IMG/VR virus record: IMGVR_UViG_3300043579_000163
Span: 8,819 to 72,818 of that record
Source: a virus
Lineage: Duplodnaviria > Caudoviricetes
Length of the DNA stretch: 64,000 nucleotides
Strand: one strand, 5' to 3'
Shown here in pieces: positions 54,655 to 64,000 of the stretch. The stretch's first letter is position 1, and each line of letters opens with the position of its first letter. The notes beneath the pieces are model-generated. The model was not told the origin of the DNA, made no database searches, and saw nothing but the letters and a program-made list of their open reading frames with translations. Position numbers and translations under genes: made by a program.

Positions 54655-54679
54655 CGGGGGGCCCATGTTGAACTAATTT
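54651..54679 (+). promoter_or_regulatory. Sigma70-type promoter (leaderless) for membrane-protein gene
   Basis: TTGACG-N17-TAATTT, 5 nt to ATG 54685; TGA is upstream stop. Confidence 0.55.
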
Positions 54680-54684
54680 AGGCA

Positions 54685-54990
54685 ATGACAATGCTATTTG
54701 CTGTTCTTTTTGTTCTGGCCTTCTATTCGCAGATTCTGGCGGGCTTAGACCGCCTTACCGCGGATTTGGAGGCGTCCCTCCTGCTCCTGTGCCAGTTCCT
54801 TTGGACACTCTTAAAGTGGGGTGTCATGGGCGTGGCCTTATTCTTCCTCGGTAGGTATTTTTACCTATACTGGACAGGGATTGTCGGGATGGCTTTTTTC
54901 ATACTGGCCCTCTCTGTTCCAGGATTTTTTATTTTCAGGCTCTTAAGGTGGGTTCGGGGTGAGGATTACTGGCCCAAAAGCTATGTCTGA
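54685..54990 (+). CDS. Multi-pass membrane protein (moron-like)
   Basis: Three hydrophobic segments, T-rich sequence, own promoter. Confidence 0.65.
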   Translation: MTMLFAVLFVLAFYSQILAGLDRLTADLEASLLLLCQFLWTLLKWGVMGVALFFLGRYFYLYWTGIVGMAFFILALSVPGFFIFRLLRWVRGEDYWPKSYV

Positions 54991-55255
54991 AAAGGAAAAA
55001 TTAAAATCTTTCCGAGCCGACTTCATTCGATTCATTCGAGGGTTGAAATCCGAAAATCCCTGCCCTGACTGTGGTGGGGTGTTTCATCCCGTTTGTATGG
55101 ATTTTGACCACGTTCGAGGAACTAAAAAATTTATTCTCTCAGAAGGGTGTCACCGTTCAATGGACGAAATTCGGGAGGAACTCTCGAAGTGTGATGTTGT
55201 TTGTTCAAACTGTCATCGATTGCGGACCGAAAAACGGAGGCTAGCACATGGCTGA
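54983..55255 (+). CDS. Small HNH endonuclease
   Basis: CPDCG..MDFDH..KCDVVCSNCH. Confidence 0.8.
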   Translation: MSEKEKLKSFRADFIRFIRGLKSENPCPDCGGVFHPVCMDFDHVRGTKKFILSEGCHRSMDEIREELSKCDVVCSNCHRLRTEKRRLAHG

Positions 55256-58200
55256 TACGAATACAGCTCTCCCGCCTGTGCGGCTCGACCCTACTCAAGG
55301 GGGCAGCCCAGCTCTGAACACCCAGGACCCTTGGGCTGCTTTTCCTATGGCCCCGCCTCCGGAGAACTTGAGCACCCCCATTTCCCTGGACGAGGTGCGC
55401 GCGGGTCAAGTCAACCCACCCCCGGCTCCTGCTACCCCTGAACCCGGGACCTCTGACCCTTGGGCCAGCTTTCCGAAGGCAGACGTGGGCGCGGACCCGT
55501 GGGAATCCTTCCCGAAGGCAGGCGAGTTGAGAGGGTATGATTTAACCAAGCTCAAGGCATCCAAGGTAGAGGACCTCGTGAAGGACAAGTCCGAGTTCAA
55601 CCCGGTCGAGTTTTACGCGAAGAATACCGACGCACTCTTGAACGACCCAGCGGCCCTCGACTTGGTCGAGAAAGCCTACGAGCAGCGCGAAAAAGAGAAG
55701 ATGACTGTCGGAGAATTTATTCTCAAGGCGAACCCGATTTATGCGCTGCTGCACCCCGTCGAGACCGCGAAGACCGCCGGAAAAATCGTGAAGGGCGGCG
55801 CGGAGTTCATCGGCGCGCTGGGCAAGGGCGTCGGACAAGTTTTCGCAACGGGCGGACAAGTGGCCGGGAATATTTCCATGGGTGACCTGCCCGGAGCGTC
55901 CAAGGGAATCTCTGAAGCGGCAGACGCTTTTGACGTGGCGCAGCAGCACTGGGTTTCGACAATCACCACGAAACTTTTGCCCCGGCCCGACAACGTCCGT
56001 GAGCGCCTCGCTTACGATGCGGACTTCAAGCGGCGAGAAATCGCTGCGGCTGCCGGCAACGGCGAACTCGCTCGGGCACTGGGCACGGACCAAGAGGGAC
56101 TGAAAGCTTCCGGCATCACTCTCGACACGGACGCGATTCAAAAGCTGTCCATCATCGAGGACCCGATGTTCCTGGTTCCTATCGGCGGCGCAATCGGCGT
56201 TGTCGGTCGCGGTGGAAAATTTTTGCTCGGTCGCGCGGCCTCTCCCGCAGTTGCGGAGTCCTTTGCGAAGGCCGTAAATGGCGCAATGGACATTGCCGTA
56301 GGCGGGGCCGTCAAGGGCGGAGGAATCAAGGCCGGTGAGGCTCTCGAGAAGGTCGGTGCCGCCATCGAAAAGTCTCCCGAATTGATGTCTAAGGTGGGTG
56401 GGCCTGCGAAAGTGAGTGTTCTGACCCACGCTTTGGCAACAGGCGACCTTTCTACCTTTGCGTCCGTGCTCGCGGCTCCCATCGCTCTGAAGTATTCAGG
56501 CAAGGCGCTTCAAGCAGCCGGACGCGGCGTCCAGGCCGCGGCTCCCGTGGCGGGCAGGCTCGCCGTCGAAGGCGCGAAGGGCGCGGCTGAAGCCACCGCT
56601 CTCACGGTCCCGCTTTTCATCGGCTCGACGCCGGAGGAACGCGACTCCCTGCTCGGAATGATTGGCGGTGCGGGCCTCTTGCGCGCGGGCGCGACCGGCG
56701 CGGGCATGGCCGGGAATGTAGCGGCGCGAGCGGCGCAGGAAAAGTTCGCCAGCAAGATTTACGAGCCCGTAAGCCGCGGCCCCATCAAGGAGTCTGCGAT
56801 TTACGGCACCGACGGCAGGCTGGACTCCGCGAACGTGGAGCAGACCGCCAAATTGCCTGCCGGAGAACAGTCCGTCCTGAACTGGGCGCGCGAGTTTTTC
56901 CGCGATTCTGGTATCGAGATTTACTCTCTCGACAAACAGACCTTTCAGAACCACGTCCCGGACGTGGCCGGCGCGACGGCGGCGGAGGGCTTTTTCGCCA
57001 AGCGTGGCGAGAAACTCGGCCCGGATGGCAACAGGCAGCCGGTGGTGCAAATTCTCCTGAACGGGGAAACGAACGGCCTGGGCCACGAACTCTACCACGC
57101 CTTCAAAAGCCTTGACCCTCAATCGGCTATGGCTCTTGAGGGGCACATCTTAAAGACCTGGACGCCGGAAGAACAGGCTTGGATTGCAGACACTTACAAC
57201 GCCGCGTTAAACGGCGGAAAACCTAAAAGCCAGTGGGCCGTCAAGTATGATGATAAACAGATTCTCGAAGAGGCTGCCGCAGAAGTCTTTGGGCGCGTCC
57301 TCAACGCCACAGACCTCAGTGGAGTCCGTCCCAGTGTCGTCAAGCGCGCCAGCGAATTCGCCAGCCGCGCCCTTGAAAAAATGGGCTATCCGCTTGCAGG
57401 GAAAGCGCTTCCTTCGGGGCCCGGCGTCTCCGCCCTTGGCGTTCGTCCAGGAACGGGAGAGCTGAAGATTGCACGAGATTTTCTCACCGACATGACCAAG
57501 CGGGTCCAGGACGGCACCCTGTCGCCCCCGAAGGCCCCCGGCGGGGCTTTAGCCCAAGGCCCCCAGGTTGACATTACAGCGCGTCGGAAGGCCGAAGCGC
57601 CCCCGACACCCTCAGAACCGCCTCCGGCTGCGCCGGCACCCCAGCCCGTAACGCCGCCACCCCTTCCCGCGACCCCTACGGCTCCCAACATCCGGGTCAC
57701 CCCGGTGGAGCAGGCTGATTTCGCCGGCCAGCGCGCCAAGGTCACCAACGCCGAGCAGGCGCTGAAAGCGGCCACCCCAGAGCAGGCCCCCAAGGTCCAA
57801 GCCATCAATGATTCGATGGCAGCCGGCCATGCGGTCGAGATTGTCCACAAGGGCGTCATCCGCGAGGGCGGGCCGACTCCCGAGAAGCCGGTTGCCCGTG
57901 GCACACGCCGGTCCGAGCAAGAGGACGCCTACATCGCCGAGGCAATGGGCGCGGTGCCCGACAGCGTTCGCGAACCACATCAAAAGCTTTTCTTCGGCAC
58001 CCGCTGGATTAAGGGTGGCAAGCAACTCACTGCGCGCAGCGTCGATAAGGCGCTCGCGAACATAAAGAATGCCGTCGACATGGCGGCGCAGACGAAAACA
58101 GCCCTCCCCTACGAGGTAGACCCGGCCGGCACCGGAAAACTCACCGAGACCGGATGGTCCGAGGTTGTGCAAGACCTGAAGGACTACTGGACCAACCAGG

Positions 58201-61200
58201 ACCGCGGCTTTCGCGGTGATGGTCAGGCCCTCACGCCCGAGACCCGCACGCGCGACATCGGCCAGAGCATCCCGCCCCAAAGCCCCGAAGGTCCCGTCGC
58301 CATCCTGTCACCGGAGCGCACAGACTTTTTGAATCTGGTCCAGGGCCTAAACATCCCCCGCGCCGTCACACGGCAAACGAAGGGGACCGTTCCCGGCAAC
58401 GTGAAGGGCCAGCTCCTCGCGGAGGCCCAGGGTCGGAAACCCGCGGCACCCTCCCGCATTGCACCCGAGGACGTGCAGCGTCAGACCTACAAGCCCATCG
58501 AGGGTGTTGGGGTCCGAGACATCGCGGAGGTGAACCCGCTGCGAAATGATTTGAGGGCCAAGGGCGCCCCCGTCGAGAACCTCATCGAGGTCACCGAGAA
58601 CATCAACCAAGCAAACATCGAGTCCGTCACCCCACGCCCCGACGTTGCTGGCCGAGGTGGCTCTACGGATATTACACGCGCCGGCTTCTCCGTCTCTGAC
58701 GTGAAGACCGAAGTGGCCCGCCGGCTCGAAGACAAACGGAAGGCTGGGGTCCCCATCACGGAGCAGGTCCGCAGGAAGACGCAGCAAGAGGTCGAGTTCG
58801 ACCTGAGGAACCCGCAGCGCATGGTGCGCGGAGAAGAAGCGGGCTTTTTCTCGGTCAAGCCCAGCAAGGAAGTTCGCGACGTTGCCGAGAAGGCTGCCAA
58901 GGCCAGCGGTGTGGGCGAATACAAGCCATCTGAGCGAGTCCTCAACATAAACGAGGACCTGTCGAAGCGCCTCGCAGACTTTTACGAGTCCGCTGAATCC
59001 AAGCCGAACGACCCCGCAGTAAAAGCGTCCTATGACGCGCTGATTGACCAAGTCGAGAAGCAGGGCCAAGCCATCCTCGATGCCGGCTACAAGATTGAGC
59101 CCTTCGAGGGCACAGGAGAGCCATATAAAAGTTCAGCCGAGATGATTGCGGACGTGCGCGACAACAAGCACATGTTCTTTTTGCAGACCGCGAAGGAGTT
59201 CGGTCGCGGAGCCGAGGCTCCCACGGATAACCCGATGCTTCGCCCGTCTAAGGTCATCCCCGGGCAGGTTGCCAACGACGTGTTCCGATGGGTTCACGAC
59301 TTTTTCGGACATGCCAAAGAGGGCTACCAGTTTGGCCCGAAGGGTGAACTCAACGCCTGGAAATCTCATTCTGAGATGTTCACACCGGAAGCGCAGGGCG
59401 CCCTGGCCTCGGAAACCCTCGCGCAGAACTCCTGGGTGAATTACGGAAAGCACCTGCGCGATGCCAAGGGCAACGTCGCAAAGAAGGGAGAGCCCGGGTT
59501 TGTCCCCGCAACGGAAAGGCCCTTTGGTGAGCAGAAAAATATAGTCATACCAGATGAACTCATCCAGGAGGCCTTGGGGCCTAAAGGCTCTTTCTCCACT
59601 GGTGAAGTCATCAAGGATGTGTTCGCCGCCACCCCCGAGGGCTGGCAGAAATTTTTCGGACCGAAGGGTTCGCTCACTCGTTCGGCCTATGAGCTTGGTC
59701 TCAATCTGAAAGACGTGGTGGAGCTGGAAGCATTGCGGGCCGCGCAAGAGCGAGCCGGAGTTGAGTCCCGCGAAACAATGGACCGAGTGAAGGGTGGAGA
59801 TTTTGATGCCCTGGACGCGGCCTCTGCTGCTGCCACCAAGACACAATTCTTCCGGGAAGCCATTGAGGCTGCAACGGACACCGGCTCTGCGGCTGGTGCG
59901 TCCGGATGGCGAAAGTCTTTTCCTGAAGCGGAGCCCCCGTTTAAGACCACGATGGAAAGTTTTTCTCCCTCCCGAAACTTCACCGATGAGGTTGACCCAA
60001 TCGAGCGCGCTGCCATTCGGACCCAGGGAGGTCATGTGTTCGAGGGTTCCTGGCACGGAGAGGCGCTAGACAATATCACTCAGCAAATCGGGCGTGGAGA
60101 GTTCGCAGAGAAGCTCCCTCCGATGAAAGAGATTTACGACCTCTACGACAATGGGTTTTTGACTGACGGATTCGTGACCCGAAGCGGAAAGTTTCTAAAC
60201 CGAGAAGAAGCGGCAGCACACGCTCTGGAAATCGGGCAGCTCAAGGAAGACCGGATGGGAAAGAACGCCCGCGGGGGCGTGCTAGAATCCGATGAGTTCA
60301 GCAACACTAAAAGTTTTTCCGTTCGCCGAAAAGGCGGGGAAGAAATTCCTGTTCGCCGTAAGGACGAGAAATCTCGTGAGACAGAAAAAGAGGCGCTTGC
60401 TCGGATTGAGGCAACGGACTATTCGAAATACAACGTCCCTGAGAAGGCCAAAGAAGTGAAGACCAGTGGAACCGGGTGGTTTTTTCCTGACCAGGAGTTT
60501 GTATCTCTCGACCAAGCTTATCATGAGCAGTTCCTGGCGGAGAACTCCAAGCAGCTCAACGAGCGATTCGGAACAGACTTCAAGTCGGAGCCCGACGTTG
60601 AACAGCGGCTCGCCGCCCTCAATAAGGGGTTCATACGCTCTCGATATCAGCCGGCAAATGGACGATGGCACCTGGAAGCAAGCGCAGACCGCTGGAACAG
60701 CAAGACAAAGCAGGCCGTGTTCGACCTCTTAGAGAAGCACGAGAGTTCCCTTGATGCTTTGAACATGAGCCTACTTGACCGCAACGGGAACCTAGTGGAC
60801 AAGGCGTCCGTCCGTCTTTATGACCGAGAGGGGGCGGAAAAGATGGGTGTCGTCAAAGACGCCTTGGACGATTTGCAGGGTTCTTCATCGGCTCCGTCCG
60901 GGGGCCCCTCAGCCATCCAGCGAGCCCGCGCGCTCGGGGGCGACGAGACCTTTTCCGTCAAAGCCAAGTCCGAAGAGGCAACCCCGGCAACCGGCGAGCA
61001 CGTCACGCAGAAAAAGGCTGCTGGCACTCCTGAGTTCAACGCCTACGTCCAGAACAAAATCGAAAAGAGCAAGGACTTCCCCGAGGCCTTCCCGCTTGAG
61101 TTCCGAACGGATAAGGGCGGCAACTACCGGGCCCAGTGGGACGGTGAGCCCTTGCCCAAGGCGAAAGAATACAATCTGCTCAAGTCTGACCTAGCACAGA

Positions 61201-62132
61201 AGTCTGGCTCGCAAGAAAAATTTGCTGACGCGCTGAGCGAGAAGCTCCAGAAGGAGTATCGCGCGGCAAAGGAGAACCCTGCAGTTGCTGAGGGCGAGTT
61301 CTGGTATTCCACTTTCCGCGACAAGGTCGGCAAGGTGCTCGGTGACGACACGAAACTTTTCGCTGAGCTGTTGGGCGCGACCTCTCCGCAGCAGGCCGTC
61401 GGTCCGAACTTCAAGGACGCGCTCGGTGCCTACAACCAATTCAAGAGCGGCGCTTACGATGCGATGCTCGAGAAATATCGCGAGGGAAAAAAGAAATTCA
61501 CCGATGGTGATATTGCGGAGTTCACCACCGATACCGGCAAGACCGGGAAGAAGGCGACTTACGAGTCCTTCATGAACTGGTGGCAGTTGAAGCACGACCT
61601 GATTCCGAAGAAGGCCACAGGCAAGAAATTCGGGATGAACTCGAAGTCAGTGCTCAAGGTCCTGGACCGCTCCTGGCTTCAGGGAGTCCAGGGACCGAAG
61701 ACTCCGAACTTCACGGGCAACCTTTCGGGGACCACCTTCAAGGCCACGATTGACGTGTGGGCCATGAGGCTTCTCAGCCGCCTCTCGGGGGAGGAGTCCG
61801 GAAAGCCTTGGCGCATTCAGCCGGCGAACGAGTCCGGCGTGAAGGACAAGGAATTTTTCTTCGGACAGGATGCCTTCCAGAAGGCGGCGGACTCACTCGG
61901 CATCAAGGCGGACGCGCTGCAGGCAATCCTGTGGTTCGCTGAGAAAGACCTGTGGGAAAAGAATGGGTGGACTGGCGCAGCCGGCAAGGCGAAGTCCGAC
62001 TACAACACTCTGTTGGACCGCACGACCAAAACCCCAGAAGGGAGACTCAACCTTCAGGAGGCCGAGGTGAAACCCAAGAAAAAGAAAACCTCCCAGCTAG
62101 AGCTGACTGACATCTATGCCAAACAGCCATAA
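55248..62132 (+). CDS. Giant multidomain internal virion protein (2294 aa)
   Basis: Last of three ejection genes; DPW repeats, HELYH + EEAAAE zincin motif, HDFFGH domain, C-terminal ATSPQ..GPK..TIDVW..QA..W domain. Confidence 0.85.
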   Translation: MADTNTALPPVRLDPTQGGSPALNTQDPWAAFPMAPPPENLSTPISLDEVRAGQVNPPPAPATPEPGTSDPWASFPKADVGADPWESFPKAGELRGYDLTKLKASKVEDLVKDKSEFNPVEFYAKNTDALLNDPAALDLVEKAYEQREKEKMTVGEFILKANPIYALLHPVETAKTAGKIVKGGAEFIGALGKGVGQVFATGGQVAGNISMGDLPGASKGISEAADAFDVAQQHWVSTITTKLLPRPDNVRERLAYDADFKRREIAAAAGNGELARALGTDQEGLKASGITLDTDAIQKLSIIEDPMFLVPIGGAIGVVGRGGKFLLGRAASPAVAESFAKAVNGAMDIAVGGAVKGGGIKAGEALEKVGAAIEKSPELMSKVGGPAKVSVLTHALATGDLSTFASVLAAPIALKYSGKALQAAGRGVQAAAPVAGRLAVEGAKGAAEATALTVPLFIGSTPEERDSLLGMIGGAGLLRAGATGAGMAGNVAARAAQEKFASKIYEPVSRGPIKESAIYGTDGRLDSANVEQTAKLPAGEQSVLNWAREFFRDSGIEIYSLDKQTFQNHVPDVAGATAAEGFFAKRGEKLGPDGNRQPVVQILLNGETNGLGHELYHAFKSLDPQSAMALEGHILKTWTPEEQAWIADTYNAALNGGKPKSQWAVKYDDKQILEEAAAEVFGRVLNATDLSGVRPSVVKRASEFASRALEKMGYPLAGKALPSGPGVSALGVRPGTGELKIARDFLTDMTKRVQDGTLSPPKAPGGALAQGPQVDITARRKAEAPPTPSEPPPAAPAPQPVTPPPLPATPTAPNIRVTPVEQADFAGQRAKVTNAEQALKAATPEQAPKVQAINDSMAAGHAVEIVHKGVIREGGPTPEKPVARGTRRSEQEDAYIAEAMGAVPDSVREPHQKLFFGTRWIKGGKQLTARSVDKALANIKNAVDMAAQTKTALPYEVDPAGTGKLTETGWSEVVQDLKDYWTNQDRGFRGDGQALTPETRTRDIGQSIPPQSPEGPVAILSPERTDFLNLVQGLNIPRAVTRQTKGTVPGNVKGQLLAEAQGRKPAAPSRIAPEDVQRQTYKPIEGVGVRDIAEVNPLRNDLRAKGAPVENLIEVTENINQANIESVTPRPDVAGRGGSTDITRAGFSVSDVKTEVARRLEDKRKAGVPITEQVRRKTQQEVEFDLRNPQRMVRGEEAGFFSVKPSKEVRDVAEKAAKASGVGEYKPSERVLNINEDLSKRLADFYESAESKPNDPAVKASYDALIDQVEKQGQAILDAGYKIEPFEGTGEPYKSSAEMIADVRDNKHMFFLQTAKEFGRGAEAPTDNPMLRPSKVIPGQVANDVFRWVHDFFGHAKEGYQFGPKGELNAWKSHSEMFTPEAQGALASETLAQNSWVNYGKHLRDAKGNVAKKGEPGFVPATERPFGEQKNIVIPDELIQEALGPKGSFSTGEVIKDVFAATPEGWQKFFGPKGSLTRSAYELGLNLKDVVELEALRAAQERAGVESRETMDRVKGGDFDALDAASAAATKTQFFREAIEAATDTGSAAGASGWRKSFPEAEPPFKTTMESFSPSRNFTDEVDPIERAAIRTQGGHVFEGSWHGEALDNITQQIGRGEFAEKLPPMKEIYDLYDNGFLTDGFVTRSGKFLNREEAAAHALEIGQLKEDRMGKNARGGVLESDEFSNTKSFSVRRKGGEEIPVRRKDEKSRETEKEALARIEATDYSKYNVPEKAKEVKTSGTGWFFPDQEFVSLDQAYHEQFLAENSKQLNERFGTDFKSEPDVEQRLAALNKGFIRSRYQPANGRWHLEASADRWNSKTKQAVFDLLEKHESSLDALNMSLLDRNGNLVDKASVRLYDREGAEKMGVVKDALDDLQGSSSAPSGGPSAIQRARALGGDETFSVKAKSEEATPATGEHVTQKKAAGTPEFNAYVQNKIEKSKDFPEAFPLEFRTDKGGNYRAQWDGEPLPKAKEYNLLKSDLAQKSGSQEKFADALSEKLQKEYRAAKENPAVAEGEFWYSTFRDKVGKVLGDDTKLFAELLGATSPQQAVGPNFKDALGAYNQFKSGAYDAMLEKYREGKKKFTDGDIAEFTTDTGKTGKKATYESFMNWWQLKHDLIPKKATGKKFGMNSKSVLKVLDRSWLQGVQGPKTPNFTGNLSGTTFKATIDVWAMRLLSRLSGEESGKPWRIQPANESGVKDKEFFFGQDAFQKAADSLGIKADALQAILWFAEKDLWEKNGWTGAAGKAKSDYNTLLDRTTKTPEGRLNLQEAEVKPKKKKTSQLELTDIYAKQP

Positions 62133-62292
62133 AGAAATCACACTCGCGGACCTCGGACTGTCGTCAGAGGAAATGGAAACTCTCGTGAGGGGCTCTCAGC
62201 GCTTCCTGCCCGCGCGCGAGGATGACGGGTCCTTGGCACCCGTGGACCCAGATTCAGACGTTGACACCGAGCCCGAAACCCCAATCTCTTAA
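62116..62292 (+). CDS. Small acidic protein (58 aa, not in ORF track)
   Basis: MPNSHKEITLADLGLSSEEME...; fills gap to 62299. Confidence 0.5.
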   Translation: MPNSHKEITLADLGLSSEEMETLVRGSQRFLPAREDDGSLAPVDPDSDVDTEPETPIS

Positions 62293-62298
62293 GTCTAT

Positions 62299-62910
62299 AT
62301 GGCAACGCCCTCCTCACTCAATCTCACGACCGAAGATATCCAAGCCGTTGGCGGAGCCGCTCCTGCACCCGCACCTGAGGAGTCCGTCCCCGCGATGGGC
62401 TCAAACCCCGCGGCCATGCTGGACCTATTGCCGGCGGACGTTCTGGACAACCCCGTGATTTTTGCACTCGCCAAGGGTAAGCCCGGTGCCGTGTCCGCCC
62501 CCAAGAAGTCCAAGGACCCCGTGGTCAAGTCCGTCATCGACAACGCCGAGTCTCTGGTTGCTTCCGGCTTCGGAATCTACGAGAGCATCGACAAGAAAAC
62601 GGACGTGCTTTTCAACACGCAAGCGGTTGACGTTGGCGACCTGCAAGAGGCCGACCAACAGGGCCGACTTTTGGACTTGGCTCCCCTGTTCTCTTCCGTG
62701 ACAGGTGCTGCCCCCGCAGGTGCCGGCGCTACCGCTCCAGCTCCGTCCGCCCTTCCCCCGGCCTCCGCGCCCGAGAGCCAGCCAGCTCCGAGCGTCCAGA
62801 CGAAGCTCGCCAGCGCGCGCACAAAGAACCTTCAGATGCCGAGTCCAACCGGAGGAGCTGCCCCAGGTGCCGGACAGATTCTTAACTCGATTTTAAAACA
62901 GCCCGTTTAA
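62299..62910 (+). CDS. Hypothetical Pro/Ala-rich virion protein
   Basis: 203 aa, TAATG coupling. Confidence 0.7.
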   Translation: MATPSSLNLTTEDIQAVGGAAPAPAPEESVPAMGSNPAAMLDLLPADVLDNPVIFALAKGKPGAVSAPKKSKDPVVKSVIDNAESLVASGFGIYESIDKKTDVLFNTQAVDVGDLQEADQQGRLLDLAPLFSSVTGAAPAGAGATAPAPSALPPASAPESQPAPSVQTKLASARTKNLQMPSPTGGAAPGAGQILNSILKQPV

Positions 62911-63377
62911 TGGCCATCTTGGTCAGATTGACTTCGCCGAGCCCCCTCGTTGTTGAGGCTGGGCCCGGCAAAACTTTTATCTTTAGGGAGTCACTGGGTT
63001 CGGTATCCATACCAGTGGGAACCCGGATGCGGCTGGTGTCGGATTTCAGCCCTTCCGTTTTCATGGAAGGGGCTATCACCGCCGTGGTGTCTCAGAGCAT
63101 CACCTTCACCGTTGACTCGAGTTCTGGTCAAGGCCTCTATCAAGGGTGGTCCACAGAAATTTCTGTCGGAGGTAGTGGGGGCGGAGCAACAGGTCCGACT
63201 GGGCCGACGGGACCAACTGGTGCGGCTGGTGCGGCTGGTGCGGCTGGTGCGGCTGGTGCGGCTGGTGCGGCTGGTGCTACGGGACCAACTGGTGCTACGG
63301 GACCAACTGGTCCGGCGGGAGGTGGAAGCGGTAGTATGAGCTTGGCCCCGGCGTGGTTTCTTTCGAATTGCTGCTAG
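62910..63377 (+). CDS. Collagen-like virion protein
   Basis: GPT and (GAA)6 repeats; ends FLSNCC. Confidence 0.75.
   Translation: MAILVRLTSPSPLVVEAGPGKTFIFRESLGSVSIPVGTRMRLVSDFSPSVFMEGAITAVVSQSITFTVDSSSGQGLYQGWSTEISVGGSGGGATGPTGPTGPTGAAGAAGAAGAAGAAGAAGATGPTGATGPTGPAGGGSGSMSLAPAWFLSNCC
63219..63272 (+). repeat. (GGTGCGGCT)6 coding tandem repeat
   Basis: Six perfect 9-mers encoding Gly-Ala-Ala. Confidence 0.9.
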
Positions 63378-63378
63378 C

Positions 63379-64000
<622 letters not shown>

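Overview
The whole window is bacteriophage DNA: high GC, dense gene packing and no host housekeeping genes. It has podovirus-type structural genes (portal, tail tubular A/B-like proteins, three ejection proteins, no tape-measure gene seen). There are two divergent arms meeting at an AT-rich inverted repeat near 21.5 kb. The left arm (1-21463, minus strand) carries replication and early genes: metallophosphoesterase, RuvC, a sigma70-family factor, primase-helicase, family A DNA polymerase, a histone-fold-like protein, an HNH-SSB fusion, a Cas4-like nuclease, an SF2 helicase, an HD protein, a dNMP kinase, two secreted cysteine-protease-like proteins and many small ORFs. The right arm (21707-64000, plus strand) carries a TerS candidate, a serine recombinase, a ~1 kb tRNA-like/structured RNA region, terminase, portal, scaffold, capsid, lysis candidates, collagen-like fibres, tail and ejection proteins. 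The main candidate novel systems are: (1) a sulfotransferase + GDP-sugar epimerase/reductase + three glycosyltransferases interleaved with head genes, plus a 2OG-Fe(II) oxygenase and GNAT in the tail module, suggesting a virion sulfo-glycosylation pathway; (2) a cluster of aberrant tRNA-like folds with expanded or shrunken D-arms around a ~600 nt hairpin-dense RNA; (3) a phage sigma factor with altered -10 recognition residues and a matching non-canonical promoter family. All calls come from manual motif reading; no database searches were run.
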